Source of the DNA: Aliivibrio fischeri ES114
GTDB taxonomy: Bacteria; Pseudomonadota; Gammaproteobacteria; Enterobacterales; Vibrionaceae
Assembly (NCBI RefSeq): GCF_000011805.1
Contig: NC_006841.2
Reading direction: 5' to 3' (one strand)
Length of the DNA: 32,000 nt
The stretch's first letter is position 1; every line of letters begins with the position of its first letter. Below are positions 8,475 to 17,988 of this stretch, in pieces. The notes below the pieces were generated by a model, which worked only from the letters and a program-made list of their open reading frames with translations, had not been told where the DNA came from and ran no database searches. Made by a program: the position numbers and the translations under genes.

Positions 8475-9695
8475 ATGTCATTATTCATGAGCTGTGTTGG
8501 AATCTTGGTGCTATTGTTCATTGGATTTTTACTATCCGAGAATAAAAAAGCCATCAATGTAAGAACGATTGTCATTGCGCTTATTACTCAAATATCATTC
8601 GGTGCTTTTGTAATGTACGTTCCTTTAGGTCAAGGAATACTACAAATGATGAGTGATGCCGTTAACCATATTATTAATTTCTCAAATGAGGGATTAACCT
8701 TCGTATTTGGCGATCTCGCTAACTATAAAGTCGGCTTTATTTTTGTAATTAACGTTCTTTGTGTCGTTATCTTTATTTCTGCTCTTATCTCCGTGCTTTA
8801 TTACCTCAAAATAATGCAGTTCGTAATTAATTTAATCGGTGGTGCGTTATCTAAATTGTTCGGTACGAGTAAGGCGGAATCAATGTCTGCTACTGCCAAC
8901 ATTTTTGTTGGTCCTATCGAAGCTCCTTCAATGGTACGTCCGTTAATCAAAAAAATGACTCGTTCTGAACTGTTTGCGGTAATGACAGGCGGATTAGCGA
9001 GCGTTGCTGGCGGCACAATGATTGGCTACATCAATTTAGGGATAGACCCAAAATATATTTTAACCGCTTGCTTTATGACGGCTCCTGCTGGACTTCTGTT
9101 TGCCAAATTACTTTGCCCACAAACAGAACAAGAAAAAATCACTAATGAAATTGAAATCGATGACGAAACCACACCTAAATCACTCTTAGATGCGATAACT
9201 GATGGTTCTATCATGGGGATGAATCAAGTCGCCACCGTGACAGCCTTACTTATCTCCTTTGTTGCTTTGATCGCATTAGTAAATAGCTTAGTTGGCGGTA
9301 TTGGTGATTTAATCTCGATTGAAGGTTTAAGCCTAGAACTGATTATCGGTTATATATTATCTCCTCTGGCTTTTTTAATGGGGGTTCCTTGGAGCGAAGC
9401 CGTTACCGCAGCATCACTAATTGGCCAAAAAATTGCGGTTAATGAGTTTGTTGCCTATATCAACTTTATTGAAATAGCGGAAACCTTATCTCCAAAAACT
9501 CAAGCTATTGTTGTATTTAGCCTTTGTGGTTTTGCCAACATTGGTTCTTTAGCGATGGTTATTGGTGGCCTTGGTGCTATATGTCCAAATAAACGCCATA
9601 TTCTTTCGGAAATTGGACCTCGTGTTTTAATGGCCGCAATTCTTGCAAACTTAATGTCAGGTACCATTGCTGGTGCGCTTCTTTCATTTTCTTAA
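8475..9695 (+). CDS. nupC: NupC/concentrative nucleoside transporter (CNT family)
   Basis: Nucleoside transporter motifs FGDLANYKVGFIFVINVLCVVIFISALISVLYYL, ESMSATANIFVGPIEAP, LCGFANIGSLAMVIGGLG. Start at ATG 8475 behind GGAG. Confidence 0.92.
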   Translation: MSLFMSCVGILVLLFIGFLLSENKKAINVRTIVIALITQISFGAFVMYVPLGQGILQMMSDAVNHIINFSNEGLTFVFGDLANYKVGFIFVINVLCVVIFISALISVLYYLKIMQFVINLIGGALSKLFGTSKAESMSATANIFVGPIEAPSMVRPLIKKMTRSELFAVMTGGLASVAGGTMIGYINLGIDPKYILTACFMTAPAGLLFAKLLCPQTEQEKITNEIEIDDETTPKSLLDAITDGSIMGMNQVATVTALLISFVALIALVNSLVGGIGDLISIEGLSLELIIGYILSPLAFLMGVPWSEAVTAASLIGQKIAVNEFVAYINFIEIAETLSPKTQAIVVFSLCGFANIGSLAMVIGGLGAICPNKRHILSEIGPRVLMAAILANLMSGTIAGALLSFS

Positions 9696-9717
9696 CATGT
9701 ACTTATAAGGATTAATC

Positions 9718-10437
9718 ATGTCGACTCCACATATTAATGCACCACTGGATGCATTTGCAGATACTATCTTGATGCCAGGTGATCCACTTCGCGCAAAATT
9801 AATAGCAGAAACTTATTTAGAAAATGTTGTTCAAGTTACTGATGTTCGAGGCATGTTAGGTTTTACTGGCGAATTTAAAGGTCGAAAAATCTCAGTCATG
9901 GGTCACGGAATGGGCGCACCGTCTGCATCTATTTACTTTCATGAACTAATGACAACTTATAAGGTAAAAAACTTCATCCGTATTGGAAGCTGTGGCGCTA
10001 TTCATGATGATGTGAAACTTAAAGATCTTATTGTAGCTATTGGTGCATCAACCGATTCAAAAATGAATCGCATTCGTTTTAAAGATAACGATTTTGCTGC
10101 AACTGCAAATTACAATATGCTTAGCGAGTGTGTTAATACGTTAAAAACGACTGACATTAATTACCTTGTAGGTAACGTTTTTTCTTCTGATCTATTTTAT
10201 CGTCCAGATGAAGAGCAATATGACATGATGGCACGCTATGGCATTCTTGGAGTAGAGATGGAAGTTAATGCACTTTATAGTGCAGCAGCAGAAAACCACT
10301 GTAATGCCGTTGCCCTATGTACCGTGACTGACCATATTAAAAACCATGAACATTTGACGGCGGATGAACGTCGAACTGAACTTCATGAAATGATTAATGT
10401 TGCACTGGATGTAGCATTAAAATTACCAACTGAATAA
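9718..10437 (+). CDS. deoD: Purine-nucleoside phosphorylase
   Basis: 239 aa. STPHINAPLDAFADTILMPGDPLRAKLIAETYL, GMGAPSASIYFHELM, RIGSCGAI. Confidence 0.97.
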   Translation: MSTPHINAPLDAFADTILMPGDPLRAKLIAETYLENVVQVTDVRGMLGFTGEFKGRKISVMGHGMGAPSASIYFHELMTTYKVKNFIRIGSCGAIHDDVKLKDLIVAIGASTDSKMNRIRFKDNDFAATANYNMLSECVNTLKTTDINYLVGNVFSSDLFYRPDEEQYDMMARYGILGVEMEVNALYSAAAENHCNAVALCTVTDHIKNHEHLTADERRTELHEMINVALDVALKLPTE

Positions 10438-10450
10438 AACATATCTTAGA

Positions 10451-10476
10451 GGCCAATTAATCATTGGCCTTTTTTC
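10451..10476 (+). terminator. Rho-independent terminator between deoD and guaD
   Basis: GGCCAAT TAATC ATTGGCC followed by a T6 tract. Confidence 0.8.
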
Positions 10477-10494
10477 AAAGTGTAGAAATAACTA

Positions 10495-11841
10495 ATGAAT
10501 ATAAAAAAAGGCGTCGTTGGTAAAGTTTATCATTGCCCGATTAAAGGGGAATTTGAATTTATCTCTAATGGGCTGATTACTATCGATCAGCAAGGTAAGA
10601 TATGTGACGTTCTCCATCCTTCCGATCCTAATTATTCAAAAACGCTTAACTTTTTAAAAGAAAAAGATTCTCTACAAGAGTTAACCGAACAACAATTTTT
10701 ATTACCTGGCATGGTTGATCTTCATATCCATGCACCACAATGGCCTCAAGCTGGGAAAGGGTTAGATCTTCCTCTCAATGAATGGCTTGACCATTATACG
10801 TTCCCTTTAGAACATAAATTTAGCGATCTATCATTTGCAGAGCAGTACTACCCTCACCTAGTAAAAACCTATTTAGCTAACGGCACTACAACAGCAACCT
10901 ATTTTGCGACTATAGATACTTCATCTTCTCTTTATTTGGCAGAAACTTGCATTAAATATGGCCAACGTGCATTAGTTGGTAAAGTCTCAATGGATGATAA
11001 GGAGATGTGTCCTAATTACTACGTGGAAGAGAGCGCAGAACACTCTATTCAAGAAGCTGAAAGATTCATAACATCCTTTTCTCAACTAGCTAATAACAAT
11101 AACTTAGTCGAACCAATTATCACGCCTAGGTTTATTCCTACCTGTTCGTTAGAAGCATTAAAAGGGTTAGGTGATTTAGCGAAAAAATATCAATGTGCGG
11201 TTCAAACTCATGCTTCAGAAAGCGATTGGGCAAGAGACTTCAGCCAAGAAAAATACAATAAAACAGATATCGAAATTTACAACGAAGCTGGACTACTTGG
11301 TGAACGAACCATCTTAGCTCACTCTATCTTCTTAACCGATTCAGACATTGATACCATCAAGCAAAAAGGTTCAGGAATCGCTCACTGTCCAAGGTCCAAT
11401 ATCTATTTTGCAAATGCAGCATTGCCATTACGTGAATACTTAGATCAAGATATTCAACTAGGATTAGGCTCTGACATTGCAGGTGGCCCTTTTCCCTCGC
11501 TATTTATGGCTTGCTCAGATGCAGTCCTTCACTCAAGAGCACGAGAATGTGGAACAAATGCGAGTCTACCGGCAGAGATAAGGGGGCAAAAAAATAGTCG
11601 AGTCTCATTATTAGAAGCTTATTGGATGGCAACCACGGGTGGCGGTCAATTGCTAAAGCTACCAGTTGGACAATTTAAAAAGGGTTACTGCTTCGACGCT
11701 CTAGTTATTGATGATGAAGATTCGAACCTATTGATTTGTCCTGATCTCGATTCACCTCAAGACATACTAGAAAAAATCATCACTCACACAACAAGAAATA
11801 ATATCCGCCAAGTCTGGGTTGATGGCAATCAAGTAAAGTAA
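10495..11841 (+). CDS. guaD: Guanine deaminase
   Basis: 448 aa. PGMVDLHIHAPQWPQAGKGLDLPLNEWLDHYTFPLE, TTTATYFAT, HASE, GSGIAHCPRSN, GLGSDIAGG. Confidence 0.95.
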   Translation: MNIKKGVVGKVYHCPIKGEFEFISNGLITIDQQGKICDVLHPSDPNYSKTLNFLKEKDSLQELTEQQFLLPGMVDLHIHAPQWPQAGKGLDLPLNEWLDHYTFPLEHKFSDLSFAEQYYPHLVKTYLANGTTTATYFATIDTSSSLYLAETCIKYGQRALVGKVSMDDKEMCPNYYVEESAEHSIQEAERFITSFSQLANNNNLVEPIITPRFIPTCSLEALKGLGDLAKKYQCAVQTHASESDWARDFSQEKYNKTDIEIYNEAGLLGERTILAHSIFLTDSDIDTIKQKGSGIAHCPRSNIYFANAALPLREYLDQDIQLGLGSDIAGGPFPSLFMACSDAVLHSRARECGTNASLPAEIRGQKNSRVSLLEAYWMATTGGGQLLKLPVGQFKKGYCFDALVIDDEDSNLLICPDLDSPQDILEKIITHTTRNNIRQVWVDGNQVK

Positions 11842-11849
11842 AACGTTTA

Positions 11850-11924
11850 GAGCTGAGTTTGCAGAAAGAATCACGAACTGAGATAAAGCAGAATATTCTG
11901 CAACTCGCTCTTTATTATTATCGC
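11850..11924 (+). terminator. Imperfect hairpin downstream of guaD, possible terminator
   Basis: AGAGCTGAGTTTGCAGAA pairs imperfectly with TTCTGCAACTCGCTCT, followed by TTATTATTA. Long intervening loop. Confidence 0.35.
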
Positions 11925-11978
11925 ATTTTTTTATGAAACCATTACCATAGAGCTATCTTTAATACACAGAGATAGAGC

Positions 11979-12617
11979 ATGGATCTGTTTCAACAATTAA
12001 TCTCAGAGCTTAATTTACCTAAGATCTCTTATGTTAAGAATGAGTTGCTTTTACAGCAATCGACACCAATTAATTCGCTTCTATTTTGCCAAGACGCCGA
12101 TTTAACCATTTTCCATATAAATGAACATGGTAAAGAATTTATTCTTGGGGTAGATACGAATTATTCAGGTCCTCTAGGTGAGATGGAATTCTTCCAACGA
12201 AAGCCTTATTCAACGTTGAATGTTAAAGCTAACAAAGCTGGCTATCTCTATAAAATTCCTAAACTTAAACTTCTTGAATTATTAAGAGAAAAACCAGAAC
12301 TAACGATTCTTCTGCTCGAATTCATTTCAACAAGATATAATAAAAATATCACTAAGTTAATGAATAACATTACATTATCAGCAAGGATTAATGTCATCGA
12401 ACAGATCCTCGAATTAAAACAGCACTCAAATAGTCCGCTATTTAAAATTCCAGTGACCTTAAAAGCCAAGCAGCTAGGTATAACTGACCGATGTTATCAC
12501 CAAATTTTACAAGTTTTGGAAAAAGAAAATAAGCTAATCAAACAAGGGCATGAGTTTGAGTTACTGGATGAAAAAGCACTAAAAGACGAAGTGCTTTATA
12601 CCGAAGTAGACAAATAA
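11979..12617 (+). CDS. Crp/Fnr family transcriptional regulator (YeiL-like)
   Basis: 212 aa. N-terminal cyclic-nucleotide-binding-like fold (FHINEHGKEFILG...GPLGEMEFFQRKPYSTLNVKANKAGYLYKIPK) and C-terminal winged HTH. Confidence 0.75.
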   Translation: MDLFQQLISELNLPKISYVKNELLLQQSTPINSLLFCQDADLTIFHINEHGKEFILGVDTNYSGPLGEMEFFQRKPYSTLNVKANKAGYLYKIPKLKLLELLREKPELTILLLEFISTRYNKNITKLMNNITLSARINVIEQILELKQHSNSPLFKIPVTLKAKQLGITDRCYHQILQVLEKENKLIKQGHEFELLDEKALKDEVLYTEVDK

Positions 12618-12629
12618 AAATGATCATCG

Positions 12630-13409
12630 CTATTTTCTATATGGCGATATGATCGTATTTCCTGTCACAGCATGATGAGAGACCATCACCAAGTCTTGAT
12701 ATAACGTGCGAATATTCTCTTCACTCAACACATCGTTTGGCTTTCCTTCAGCCATAATTTCACCTTGATTAATCAAAATCAAACGATCACAAAACTCAGC
12801 AGCGGTATTTAAGTTATGAATAGCAACCAATGCTGATTTTCCTTTTTGGCATTCTTGATATAAGACATTCATCAATTGAGATTCATGGCCAATATCTAAA
12901 CTCGCTGTCGGCTCATCAAGCAACATTAAAGGAGTATCTTGAACTAAAGTTCGGGCAAAATGAACGAGCTGTTTTTCACCACCAGATAAATCAGTAACAT
13001 TACGCTTATGTAGATGCTCTATTCCCACTTTTTCTAATGCAGCTTGACTTTGTTTCTCTATCTCAGCTGGAGATATAATTGAGTGTTGCTGTCTCGCATG
13101 AAAACCAAACCCAATGGTTTCCATCACATTAAAAGGAAAAGCGGCTTCACTGTATTGAGGCAAATAACTCATACATAACGCACGCTCAATATGAGATAAG
13201 ACAGCAAGAGATTGACCTTGGATCTCAATTCTTCCTTCGGCATAAGGCTGGAATCCACTGATGCATTTCATTAATGTACTTTTACCCGCGCCATTCGGGC
13301 CAATAATACCAACCAATTCACCAGAATTGACGGTAAATGAAATCGACTTTAATAATGCTTTAGTCCCAACCTGATAGTTTAATTGTGAGACATTTAATAA
13401 TGGTTTCAT
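12630..13409 (-). CDS. ABC transporter ATP-binding protein (FepC/BtuD-type)
   Basis: Walker A GPNGAGKST, signature LSGGEKQLVHFARTL, Walker B PLMLLDEPTASLD. Start set to MKPLLNVSQL (ATG 13409, ATGA overlap with the permease stop). Confidence 0.93.
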   Translation of the reverse strand: MKPLLNVSQLNYQVGTKALLKSISFTVNSGELVGIIGPNGAGKSTLMKCISGFQPYAEGRIEIQGQSLAVLSHIERALCMSYLPQYSEAAFPFNVMETIGFGFHARQQHSIISPAEIEKQSQAALEKVGIEHLHKRNVTDLSGGEKQLVHFARTLVQDTPLMLLDEPTASLDIGHESQLMNVLYQECQKGKSALVAIHNLNTAAEFCDRLILINQGEIMAEGKPNDVLSEENIRTLYQDLVMVSHHAVTGNTIISPYRK

Positions 13410-14446
13410 GCTAAACGTCCCTTTCTTTGAAATCGAATGATCAAGCCAATAAAGTAGCAACCACCAATAAATGAAGTAATAATCCCCGCTTTCAATTCAT
13501 TAGGCGCAATGATCCAACGCCCTAATAAGTCACAAACCAATAGAAATATCACACCAAATATGGCTGAAAACGGCAATAATTTCTCATGACTTGGTCCTAC
13601 TAATAGACGCACTAAATGAGGAACCATCAAGCCGATAAAACCAATAGGTCCAGCAATAGCAATCGACATCGCCGTTAATAACGTAGCAAACAACAATAAT
13701 TTAAATCGTGTCTGTTTTACATTTAGACCCATACCATGAGCACTCTCCTCACCTAAAGCGAGTAAATTGAGAGAACGGCTTTCTTTGAGTAACAAGGTAG
13801 ACACAATAATAATCACAGGTGTTGGCCATAATAAATGCTGCCACATACGACCATCTAGCCCCCCCATTGCCCAGAAAACAAATTGGCTGACTTCATACTG
13901 TTGCGCCATTAATAGCAGTCCCATACGAGCACCGCCCAATAAACTCGATAGCGCCAATCCAGTTAATATGAGAAATAAAATTTGTGAAGAAGAGTGACGA
14001 GATGCAAGAACATAAATAAACGCAGAAGCAGTAAGAGCACCAACCGTTGTAAAAACAGGTAACCACATCGGATTCATAAAAGAAAAACCCGTAACAATAG
14101 CGATAACAGCACCAAAACTGCTTCCCGAGCTTACCCCCAATACATCAGGACTCGCTAATGGGTTTTTAAATAATCCTTGAGTACAGGCTCCAGCTAAAGC
14201 CAATGCACCACCAGCCATAATTGCAGCACACGCCCTTGGCAAACGAATGTGCATCACTATTGCAGAAGCAAGCGGATACTCTTTAGTTGCTAACTCACTC
14301 CCACCAAATATATAACTCTTAAACATAGCTAAAATATCAATGATTGGAATGTGAACCGCACCAAGACTTAAATATGTTAAGAATAATCCAATAAATAAAC
14401 ACGTAGAGACAATAGCTTGAAAAGAGGTTAAACGATAAAAAGGCAT
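13406..14446 (-). CDS. FecCD/BtuC-family ABC transporter permease
   Basis: 346 aa. MHIRLPRACAAIMAGGALALAGACTQGLFKNPLASPDVLGVSSGSSFGA and GPIGFIGLMVPHLVRLLVGPSH. Confidence 0.93.
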   Translation of the reverse strand: MPFYRLTSFQAIVSTCLFIGLFLTYLSLGAVHIPIIDILAMFKSYIFGGSELATKEYPLASAIVMHIRLPRACAAIMAGGALALAGACTQGLFKNPLASPDVLGVSSGSSFGAVIAIVTGFSFMNPMWLPVFTTVGALTASAFIYVLASRHSSSQILFLILTGLALSSLLGGARMGLLLMAQQYEVSQFVFWAMGGLDGRMWQHLLWPTPVIIIVSTLLLKESRSLNLLALGEESAHGMGLNVKQTRFKLLLFATLLTAMSIAIAGPIGFIGLMVPHLVRLLVGPSHEKLLPFSAIFGVIFLLVCDLLGRWIIAPNELKAGIITSFIGGCYFIGLIIRFQRKGRLA

Positions 14447-15363
14447 CAGAGTTTCTTATAGGCAGAGTGATTAACAAACAGAATCGCATCAATAATATAT
14501 TGGCTATAAACACTTCTTAACACATGTGGCATTTGATAGACCCGACCTTCTTTAATGGCATTAACGGATTGTAATGAAGGATCAGATAAAACGTCTTGCT
14601 TAAATTTATCAGCACCTTTTTCATCTCCATACACCCACGCTGGTATAAATAAAATATCTGGATTTAATGCAATGACCATCTCTTTTGATACGGGAACTTG
14701 CCCGTATTTATCACTCACTAGCCCTTCAATGGCATTATTCAGATTTGCCTGTTTTAAGACTTCATCCCAAGTAGAATCTTGACCGCTCGATGTTCCCCAC
14801 GGATTATAATCCAAAGCAGTTAATCGCTTTTTAGGTAAGATAACCTCTTGCTGTAAACGCTGTTGCATATCTTCGATGACTCGCTCAGCAGCAAGTCGAC
14901 GATTAACAATATCACCGACTCGCAAAATCTCGGTTTCAACCTCTTTTAAGGTATTAGGCGTTTGAATGCGATAAACCGGGATACCAGCACTCTCAATAAT
15001 CGCTAACTTTGATGCATCACTCCAATTAGCAGCAAAAACAATGTCAGGACGATTCGCTATGATCATTTCCACATTAAGTGCTAACAAAGGTATTGATTTT
15101 GGCAATATATCTTTAATCGCTGAATAGTTAGGATTATTAGCAAGATCTGTCAAACTGGATAATTGTTCTTTATCAACCAACTCCAATAATACGGCATCGG
15201 TGAATAACGTTTTTGACGATATTTTTGTAGGTGCTTTCTCTAAAATAACGGTATTACCTAACCCATCAACAACATGTAATGGATAGGTAGTTTCGGCCAT
15301 CGTTGACCAAGAAAGCAAAAGAGAAAAAACAATAATAAATGGGTTTAACGCAAGCCAACGCAT
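14446..15363 (-). CDS. Periplasmic binding protein of a BtuCDF/FepBDC-type ABC transporter
   Basis: Signal peptide after MRWLALNPFIIVFSLLLSWSTMA; VVDGLGNTVILEKAPTKI..., NVEMIIANRPDIVFA. Start corrected from 15462 to ATG 15363 because the upstream ORF extension runs through riboswitch sequence; AGGAGT precedes ATG 15363. Confidence 0.88.
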   Translation of the reverse strand: MRWLALNPFIIVFSLLLSWSTMAETTYPLHVVDGLGNTVILEKAPTKISSKTLFTDAVLLELVDKEQLSSLTDLANNPNYSAIKDILPKSIPLLALNVEMIIANRPDIVFAANWSDASKLAIIESAGIPVYRIQTPNTLKEVETEILRVGDIVNRRLAAERVIEDMQQRLQQEVILPKKRLTALDYNPWGTSSGQDSTWDEVLKQANLNNAIEGLVSDKYGQVPVSKEMVIALNPDILFIPAWVYGDEKGADKFKQDVLSDPSLQSVNAIKEGRVYQMPHVLRSVYSQYIIDAILFVNHSAYKKL

Positions 15364-15374
15364 GGCAACTCCTG

Positions 15375-15530
15375 TAAATCGCGTACATAATATGAACCAA
15401 CTTCGTATCTGACTCAAACTCTTGCAAGCTCTCACAGTGGCGCGCCCGTTACGGATTCTCACCGTATTCCGAAGTAATCTTCATTGTACGATGCTATGTT
15501 GAGATATTCTATCTATAACCCTGAAAACAT
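15375..15530 (-). promoter_or_regulatory. Cobalamin (B12) riboswitch, boundaries approximate
   Basis: Minus strand reads ...CGGAATACGGTGAGAATCCGTAACGGGCGCGCCACTGTGAGAG...GAGTCAGATAC..., matching the B12-box core (GGTGnnAATCC...CGCnACTGT and AGTCAGA). Confidence 0.88.
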
Positions 15531-15601
15531 GGGATTAATTAGAGATACCCCATACAACGTGATAAAATTCATCACCTCTTTAATCAACAAAGTAATTAAT
15601 T

Positions 15602-16138
15602 ATGGCACTTAAAGCATCTGGAAATATTGGTGAACTTTCATACCCATTCATTTTTGAAGACAGCCCATTATGCGACTTTGAAATCTTAACGGATGAATTA
15701 TGTGCCTATACTGGCTTAGCGTTATCACAAATAACTAATCAAGAAGTCCGTGAATCGCTAGAACGTCTACAACCAAAAATATTTCACCTTAATGGCTCGA
15801 TTCGTGGGAAATGTGGCATCTTTGAGCAGGACGTTCAAGAACTCGTGTCTGAAATGTTTTACTTTAAAGAACAAGTTCATGACAAAGGTAAGCGCTTTGT
15901 TCTTCCTCGTGGAGCCGGCCCTGTAATTCAACTTCATCAATGCCGTAGCTTAAGTAAAAAAGTGGTTCGCGCCTTAGTCCTAATTGACAAATTAACCAAT
16001 AAAACCATCCCAGAAACACTTCCTCGTTTTGCAAATGCGCTCGCTAATTATTATTTCGTGCTTACACGAGTACTAAATCAAGACATGAACATTGATGAAC
16101 CTGAATATATAAGCATTAACTATCCAAAGCCTGAATAA
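15602..16138 (+). CDS. Divergent PduO-type ATP:corrinoid adenosyltransferase-like protein
   Basis: 178 aa. FEILTDELCAYTGLALSQ, FVLPRGAGPVIQLHQCRSLSKKVVRALVLID, LPRFANALANYYFVLTRVLN parallel the DELNSxxGLA / FVLPGG..LHxARTVCRRAER / LxxLSDYLFVLAR pattern of PduO-type enzymes. Confidence 0.65.
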   Translation: MALKASGNIGELSYPFIFEDSPLCDFEILTDELCAYTGLALSQITNQEVRESLERLQPKIFHLNGSIRGKCGIFEQDVQELVSEMFYFKEQVHDKGKRFVLPRGAGPVIQLHQCRSLSKKVVRALVLIDKLTNKTIPETLPRFANALANYYFVLTRVLNQDMNIDEPEYISINYPKPE

Positions 16139-16362
16139 ATCAAATATTATGTAAATACATCGTTAAGTGAATTATGAAAAAGAATATTAATAATAGGAAC
16201 TATAATATTCTCTTTCATTATCAATGGTAGTAACACGATACAGGTCAATGCAACTCTATTTATAGCCTTTAATTATATTGATAGCGAACCTCATATATTA
16301 TAAAGTCCACCTCAATTGTTACAGTCATGCAATAAATGACTTTTTTGTTAAACTTAGGTTAA

Positions 16363-17964
16363 TTGATTAAAGTGATTACATTTGGTAAGTCCAATAAATT
16401 ATTTTTTTGGCCACGCTTTATCGTTTTATTTACAATATTAAATATCTTGTTATTTTCAGTATTTTATTTTTACAAATACTCACAAAACCAGATAGAGATA
16501 AGTAAAATAAAATCAGAACAAAGTGCTCTAATTTCAGCACAAAAAAAATACATTGCAATGACCCTAAACAGCATAGGGCAAGATTTACTGCTGCTTTCTG
16601 ATTTCATTGAAATTAACAAAGCATACCAAAAGCACGAACGTAAACTCATTAAACTAGCTGAAATGAACACGCTCGCTCTGAGCTTACGTAAAGGACTTTA
16701 TGATCAATTAAGATACCTTGATCTTGAAGGTAATGAGCTCATTCGTATTAACTATAATAATGGCATTCCAAGTGTTGTTACAGGAAATGAATTACAAAAT
16801 AAATTTGACCGTTATTATTTTCAAGACAGCTTATCTTTAAATGATGGGGATATTTACGTTTCTATTTTAGATTTAAATATTGAGCATGGTGAAATCGAAG
16901 AACCTTATAAACCTATGATTCGTCTAGCTACGCCTGTATATGATGATCAGGGAAATAAAAGAGGTATCGTTATATTAAATTACCTTGCAGCGCATTTATT
17001 AGATGGTCTAAAACTATTTTCTTTGGATAAAAGAAACCATCACATGCTAATAAACAGTAATAATTACTTTTTATTTTATGATAAAAGACCAGACCTTGAA
17101 TTTGCTTTCATGTTTAATGAAGACGAAAGTAAAACCTATCCTGCGATTTACCCAATAACTTATTCTTGTATTGAGAAAGAACCTAAAGGTCAATATGAAA
17201 TAGGTTCAGGAATTTTAACGTTCGATTCTGTATTTGCTTATCCAAAAAATTTAGATTCAGCAAAATCAGTCAAAATTGTTAAAAAAGACTCATGCTGGCG
17301 CTTAATCACTTTTGTTCCTAATTACCCTAAGTGGTCAATTGAGCGAATCTCAAGCAGTGAGATAATTCTTGTTGGTTGTTTTATTTTACTTTCTTTCATT
17401 GTATCGCTGGTTATAACTCAATTACAGCTAAAGAAAAAAATTGATCACAACGAAATAAAGAAATTAGCTCACCACGATAGTCTGACAGGCCTAATCAACC
17501 GTGGATACTTTAAAAAACTGTTTCATTGGAAAATGCAAAAAGCACGAAAAAATGAAACTAAATTAGCTTTGATCTACATTGATTTAGATGGATTTAAAGA
17601 TCTCAATGACAACTTTGGCCACAGTGCTGGTGATTTGGCATTAAAGGCAGTAGCTCGAAATCTATACAGCACTTTCTCAGAAAATAGTTACGTCGCTCGA
17701 TTAGGTGGTGATGAATTTGCCGTACTTATTCATACCGTTATTGATGAAGAAGAGATATTTGCTCTTGTTGAGGAATTTTTAGAAAGTAGTAATACTCCAT
17801 TAATGCTTGAAGATATTCCATATCAACTAAGCACGAGTATTGGCTTAGCTTTCTTCCCTGAACATGGTCGCTCCATTAACGAGTTAATGCATAATGCCGA
17901 TGCGGCAATGTATGACATCAAACGCTCAGGAAAGAATGGATTTAAAGTATTTGAAAAGCTATGA
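16363..17964 (+). CDS. Membrane-anchored sensor diguanylate cyclase (periplasmic Cache-like domain + GGDEF)
   Basis: 533 aa. Two TM segments flanking a periplasmic domain; LAHHDSLTGLINRGYF...YVARLGGDEFAVLIHT. Confidence 0.92.
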   Translation: MIKVITFGKSNKLFFWPRFIVLFTILNILLFSVFYFYKYSQNQIEISKIKSEQSALISAQKKYIAMTLNSIGQDLLLLSDFIEINKAYQKHERKLIKLAEMNTLALSLRKGLYDQLRYLDLEGNELIRINYNNGIPSVVTGNELQNKFDRYYFQDSLSLNDGDIYVSILDLNIEHGEIEEPYKPMIRLATPVYDDQGNKRGIVILNYLAAHLLDGLKLFSLDKRNHHMLINSNNYFLFYDKRPDLEFAFMFNEDESKTYPAIYPITYSCIEKEPKGQYEIGSGILTFDSVFAYPKNLDSAKSVKIVKKDSCWRLITFVPNYPKWSIERISSSEIILVGCFILLSFIVSLVITQLQLKKKIDHNEIKKLAHHDSLTGLINRGYFKKLFHWKMQKARKNETKLALIYIDLDGFKDLNDNFGHSAGDLALKAVARNLYSTFSENSYVARLGGDEFAVLIHTVIDEEEIFALVEEFLESSNTPLMLEDIPYQLSTSIGLAFFPEHGRSINELMHNADAAMYDIKRSGKNGFKVFEKL

Positions 17965-17988
17965 CTTAGGCTTTTATTACTGACTTAC

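Noticed and set aside
8801-9016. Minus-strand ORFs within nupC and sdaA
   Set aside because: They overlap long conserved genes with no independent support.
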